Below are positions 14,770 through 17,096 of a stretch of DNA of 17,096 bases, in pieces (position 1 is the first letter of the stretch; each line of letters opens with the position of its first letter). The position numbers and the translations under genes are program-made. Source of the DNA: Pseudomonadota bacterium (lineage in GTDB: Bacteria; Bdellovibrionota; FAC87; UBA2466); contig JAYUGC010000027.1 in NCBI GenBank assembly GCA_043767805.1, positions 1-17,096 of the forward strand, given 5' to 3'. The notes under the pieces are model-generated. The model saw only the letters and a list, made by a program, of their open reading frames with translations. It was not told the DNA's origin and made no database searches.

Positions 14770-16467
14770 TTAAAGACTCTGCAGAAAGCGGACTAGATCG
14801 CGTTTCTGATCGGGCGTGAAGCTTTCCTTGCCGCCGCTCAGAAAAATCCCTTCGTCATGGCCCGCGTTCGACAGTCCCGGCACTGAAGTGTCGAAACGCT
14901 TCTCGGAATCGCTTACCCAAGCCGCGGGCGTTCTCTCTCCTAGCGGATAGCCGTTACAATCCATGTCGAAATCAGTGGCGGGATTTTCCGCTTCGCCCGC
15001 GTAATACACCTTCGGTCGATCCGCGCTTCGGGTCAGCACCGCGCACAGCGAGGGAGCCGAGTTATTGTGAAAGTAGGGCCAGCGCGCCCAAATTCCGACG
15101 AGCGGAGGCGGCACGTAGCCCTCTTGGGGGACGATGCGAATGCCCTTCTTCTGGGATATCGCCAGCGGATTGAGACGTTTCGCGAGCGACCGCATGCCTT
15201 GGTGGCGGTGAGGATCGGTCCCCACGTCCACGACGGGCGTCTGCTCGGGATAGCGCACCTCGAGGGTCTGCATGAGCTGCACGATCGGGAGCTGAGGCGC
15301 TTCCGGAAGTTCCCAAACCTTGCGGTAAGTGCCGTGGCATCTGGCGCAGCTCTGATCGAAAAGAATCTTGCCTCGTTTCGCCGCGTCTATGTCGAAAGCC
15401 GTGCGGCTGAAGAAGTCGGAGTATTTGGGCGCTTCCGAGGAAAAGACCGCCGTGGTCAAATCGCGCACGACGATCGAATTTTTATCGAGCCAGGTTTCGA
15501 GCGTGGGCAAATCGACGCCGCGTCCGAGCTCGTTCCAGATGAAATTCGTGTAAATGGGATTTCCCGAGATGAGCGAGCCGTCGGAGAGCCAGCGGTTCTT
15601 GTACTTGAGATTCCACCAGACGGAAGGCTTGCTATCGGCCGGAGTGGTCGCGAGCGGTTCGGGGTCCGGGTCGTCGGCGTAGCGGGGATCTTTGGTCGCG
15701 ACATCGTCGGCCGTGCGTTTTGCCAGGGAGAGGGCGGTGTGAGCTAGCGACGTATCGAGTCCCAAAACGAGAGGCTTACGAGAGCCGACGTAATGCAAAG
15801 CCGCTCGCGCCCGGTCGTAGAGTCTCTTCTCGGCGAAGTTCGTCAGTAGCCCGATTTGAAACAGGTAACCGGGCACCGTTTCGGTCAGCCGCTGGGCTTG
15901 ATGAAAAAACTGATTGGATCTCGGAAACCGCGTGGTCATGCCGAGGACGCGCTTGCCGAAGAGGCTGCCCGAGTGGCAAGCGGCGCAGCTGATCGTGAAT
16001 CCTTCCGCCCCCTCTCGGTGCACTATGGAGGCGCCCATGGGGTGAGTCGGCCGTCTTCCGCCGGGAAAGGGCGCCTTGTAGACGCCCGTATCGGTCTCCT
16101 GCGGGTACGGGGGCATGCCCAGCCAGGAAAAAAGCGCATCCGCCGAGCCGATGTTTCCCGCCCACTGAATGGTGGCGAGAAAGATCGCCTTCATCGGAAA
16201 GTTGGTCGGGTTCTTCAAAAGCCTGTCGATGGGCCAATACGGAATGAGGATCTCGGTCGCGGTCACCGGATACTGCAACGCATGGCCCCGGCCTTTTTCG
16301 ACGGCGTCTCTGACGGTCGAATCGTCGAGACCAAAAGGATTGGGCTGGCCACCGGGAAAAACCGGGACGCCTTCCGCCCAGGTGGGATTAAGACCCGCGC
16401 GCGCGGTCATCGCCCCGAAAATCAGCCCGAAAAACAGAACCCCACGGACCATGCCCCGTTCGTTCAT
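14770..16467 (-). CDS. Secreted diheme cytochrome c, RoxA (rubber oxygenase)-like family
   Basis: Signal peptide (..AMTARA), two CxxCH motifs (CAACH, CARCH), KPSVWWNLK...WLSDG, DVGTDP, GYVPPPLVGIWARWPYFHNNSAP, SNAGH, and a C-terminal LVRFLQSL. G7 SD site before ATG 16467. Confidence 0.88.
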   Translation of the reverse strand: MNERGMVRGVLFFGLIFGAMTARAGLNPTWAEGVPVFPGGQPNPFGLDDSTVRDAVEKGRGHALQYPVTATEILIPYWPIDRLLKNPTNFPMKAIFLATIQWAGNIGSADALFSWLGMPPYPQETDTGVYKAPFPGGRRPTHPMGASIVHREGAEGFTISCAACHSGSLFGKRVLGMTTRFPRSNQFFHQAQRLTETVPGYLFQIGLLTNFAEKRLYDRARAALHYVGSRKPLVLGLDTSLAHTALSLAKRTADDVATKDPRYADDPDPEPLATTPADSKPSVWWNLKYKNRWLSDGSLISGNPIYTNFIWNELGRGVDLPTLETWLDKNSIVVRDLTTAVFSSEAPKYSDFFSRTAFDIDAAKRGKILFDQSCARCHGTYRKVWELPEAPQLPIVQLMQTLEVRYPEQTPVVDVGTDPHRHQGMRSLAKRLNPLAISQKKGIRIVPQEGYVPPPLVGIWARWPYFHNNSAPSLCAVLTRSADRPKVYYAGEAENPATDFDMDCNGYPLGERTPAAWVSDSEKRFDTSVPGLSNAGHDEGIFLSGGKESFTPDQKRDLVRFLQSL

Positions 16468-16498
16468 TGTCGACCCCCCCAAGTGGCCGATCTAAGCA

Positions 16499-16516
16499 GA
16501 CGAACCGCGGTTCGTC
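16499..16516. promoter_or_regulatory. Perfect 18-bp palindrome, candidate operator upstream of the RoxA-like gene
   Basis: GACGAACCG|CGGTTCGTC, about 30 nt upstream of the start codon. Confidence 0.5.
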
Positions 16517-16720
16517 CAGACAAGCAGTCGCGGACTCGGGCGGGCAGTTCATTTAAATGACTTTGGTTCGGACACCCTTCTAACACTGTCGTAGGGATAT
16601 CCGGTTTCCCGAACTCCCTGAATGGAATCAGAGGGGTAAGGGGTCCGGAAAGCCTAACCAGGAGAGCCAAACGTCTGCCTTTTGGTCAGGTGTTTCCCTG
16701 TCCGACGGCTGGGAAAAGAT

Positions 16721-16737
16721 TGGTCGCCGCTTTGCAT
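16721..16737 (+). promoter_or_regulatory. Putative sigma-54 promoter for the small membrane protein gene
   Basis: TGGTCG-CCGCT-TTGCA with GG-N10-GC spacing, about 60 nt upstream of ATG 16798. Confidence 0.45.
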
Positions 16738-16797
16738 TGAATAGGTCTGCCTGACCCGTCCCTTGCCAGAAAATAAACCCGCGGCAAGGAGTGACCC

Positions 16798-17046
16798 ATG
16801 TCCATGTATTGGGGCAAAGATAACTTCGAGCATGAACGCCGTGCTCGCATCGAGGCCGAACGGGCCTTGTTAGACAATCAGAGAACCGAGAATATTCGAG
16901 ACGCCGCGATCGTTTTCACGGTGGTTGCGATTCTCGGTGCGTTACTGTGGACGGGACCGCGGAGAAAGCCAGAAGTGGCTCGCTCGGCGGCCTCCAGCAT
17001 GGCCACTTCTGGTCCCATGCTGCCGTCTCACGTCGACTCCAAATAA
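16798..17046 (+). CDS. Small single-pass membrane hypothetical protein (82 aa)
   Basis: Strong AAGGAG SD site, charged helical N-terminus, TM segment AAIVFTVVAILGALLW followed by RRK, and its own terminator. Confidence 0.75.
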   Translation: MSMYWGKDNFEHERRARIEAERALLDNQRTENIRDAAIVFTVVAILGALLWTGPRRKPEVARSAASSMATSGPMLPSHVDSK

Positions 17047-17049
17047 TTC

Positions 17050-17095
17050 AAAAAAAGCGGGGCCGAGCTCGAAAGAGCTCGGTCTCCTTTTTTTT
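17050..17095 (+). terminator. Rho-independent, probably bidirectional terminator
   Basis: A7 tract, GGGGCCGAGCTC-GAAA-GAGCTCGGTCTC stem, then a T8 tract. Confidence 0.9.
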
Positions 17096-17096
17096 G

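Noticed and set aside
1..17096. CRISPR array, tRNA/rRNA, IS/integrase, phage or defence genes
   Set aside because: No regularly spaced repeats, cloverleaf patterns or relevant protein motifs were seen by eye.

Overview
GC-rich bacterial chromosomal window. The gene content (DUF3015 protein, RoxA-like diheme cytochrome, many secreted hydrolases, sigma-54-like sites) suggests Bdellovibrionota/Oligoflexia; this is an inference. About 16 credible CDSs: a 5'-truncated DUF3015 protein; a minus-strand run tdk-trmB-M14 carboxypeptidase-secreted helical protein-outer-membrane beta-barrel; a plus-strand Gfo/Idh/MocA dehydrogenase-polytopic GT-C-like protein-ICMT/LmtA-like methyltransferase cluster; a small beta-barrel; a trypsin-like protease plus FHA protein; a YtcJ-like amidohydrolase; a LamG protein; a C13 peptidase; a RoxA-like diheme cytochrome c; and a small membrane protein. 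No rRNA, tRNA, CRISPR array, transposase or integrase was seen. The best candidate for an undescribed system is the overlapping helical protein + beta-barrel pair (503-1991). Other notable signals: a start-less BTRD1-like gene remnant missed by the ORF track, a repeated leaderless-promoter architecture, two sigma-54-like promoters, and structured intergenic regions. All family calls come from motif recognition by eye, not from database searches.
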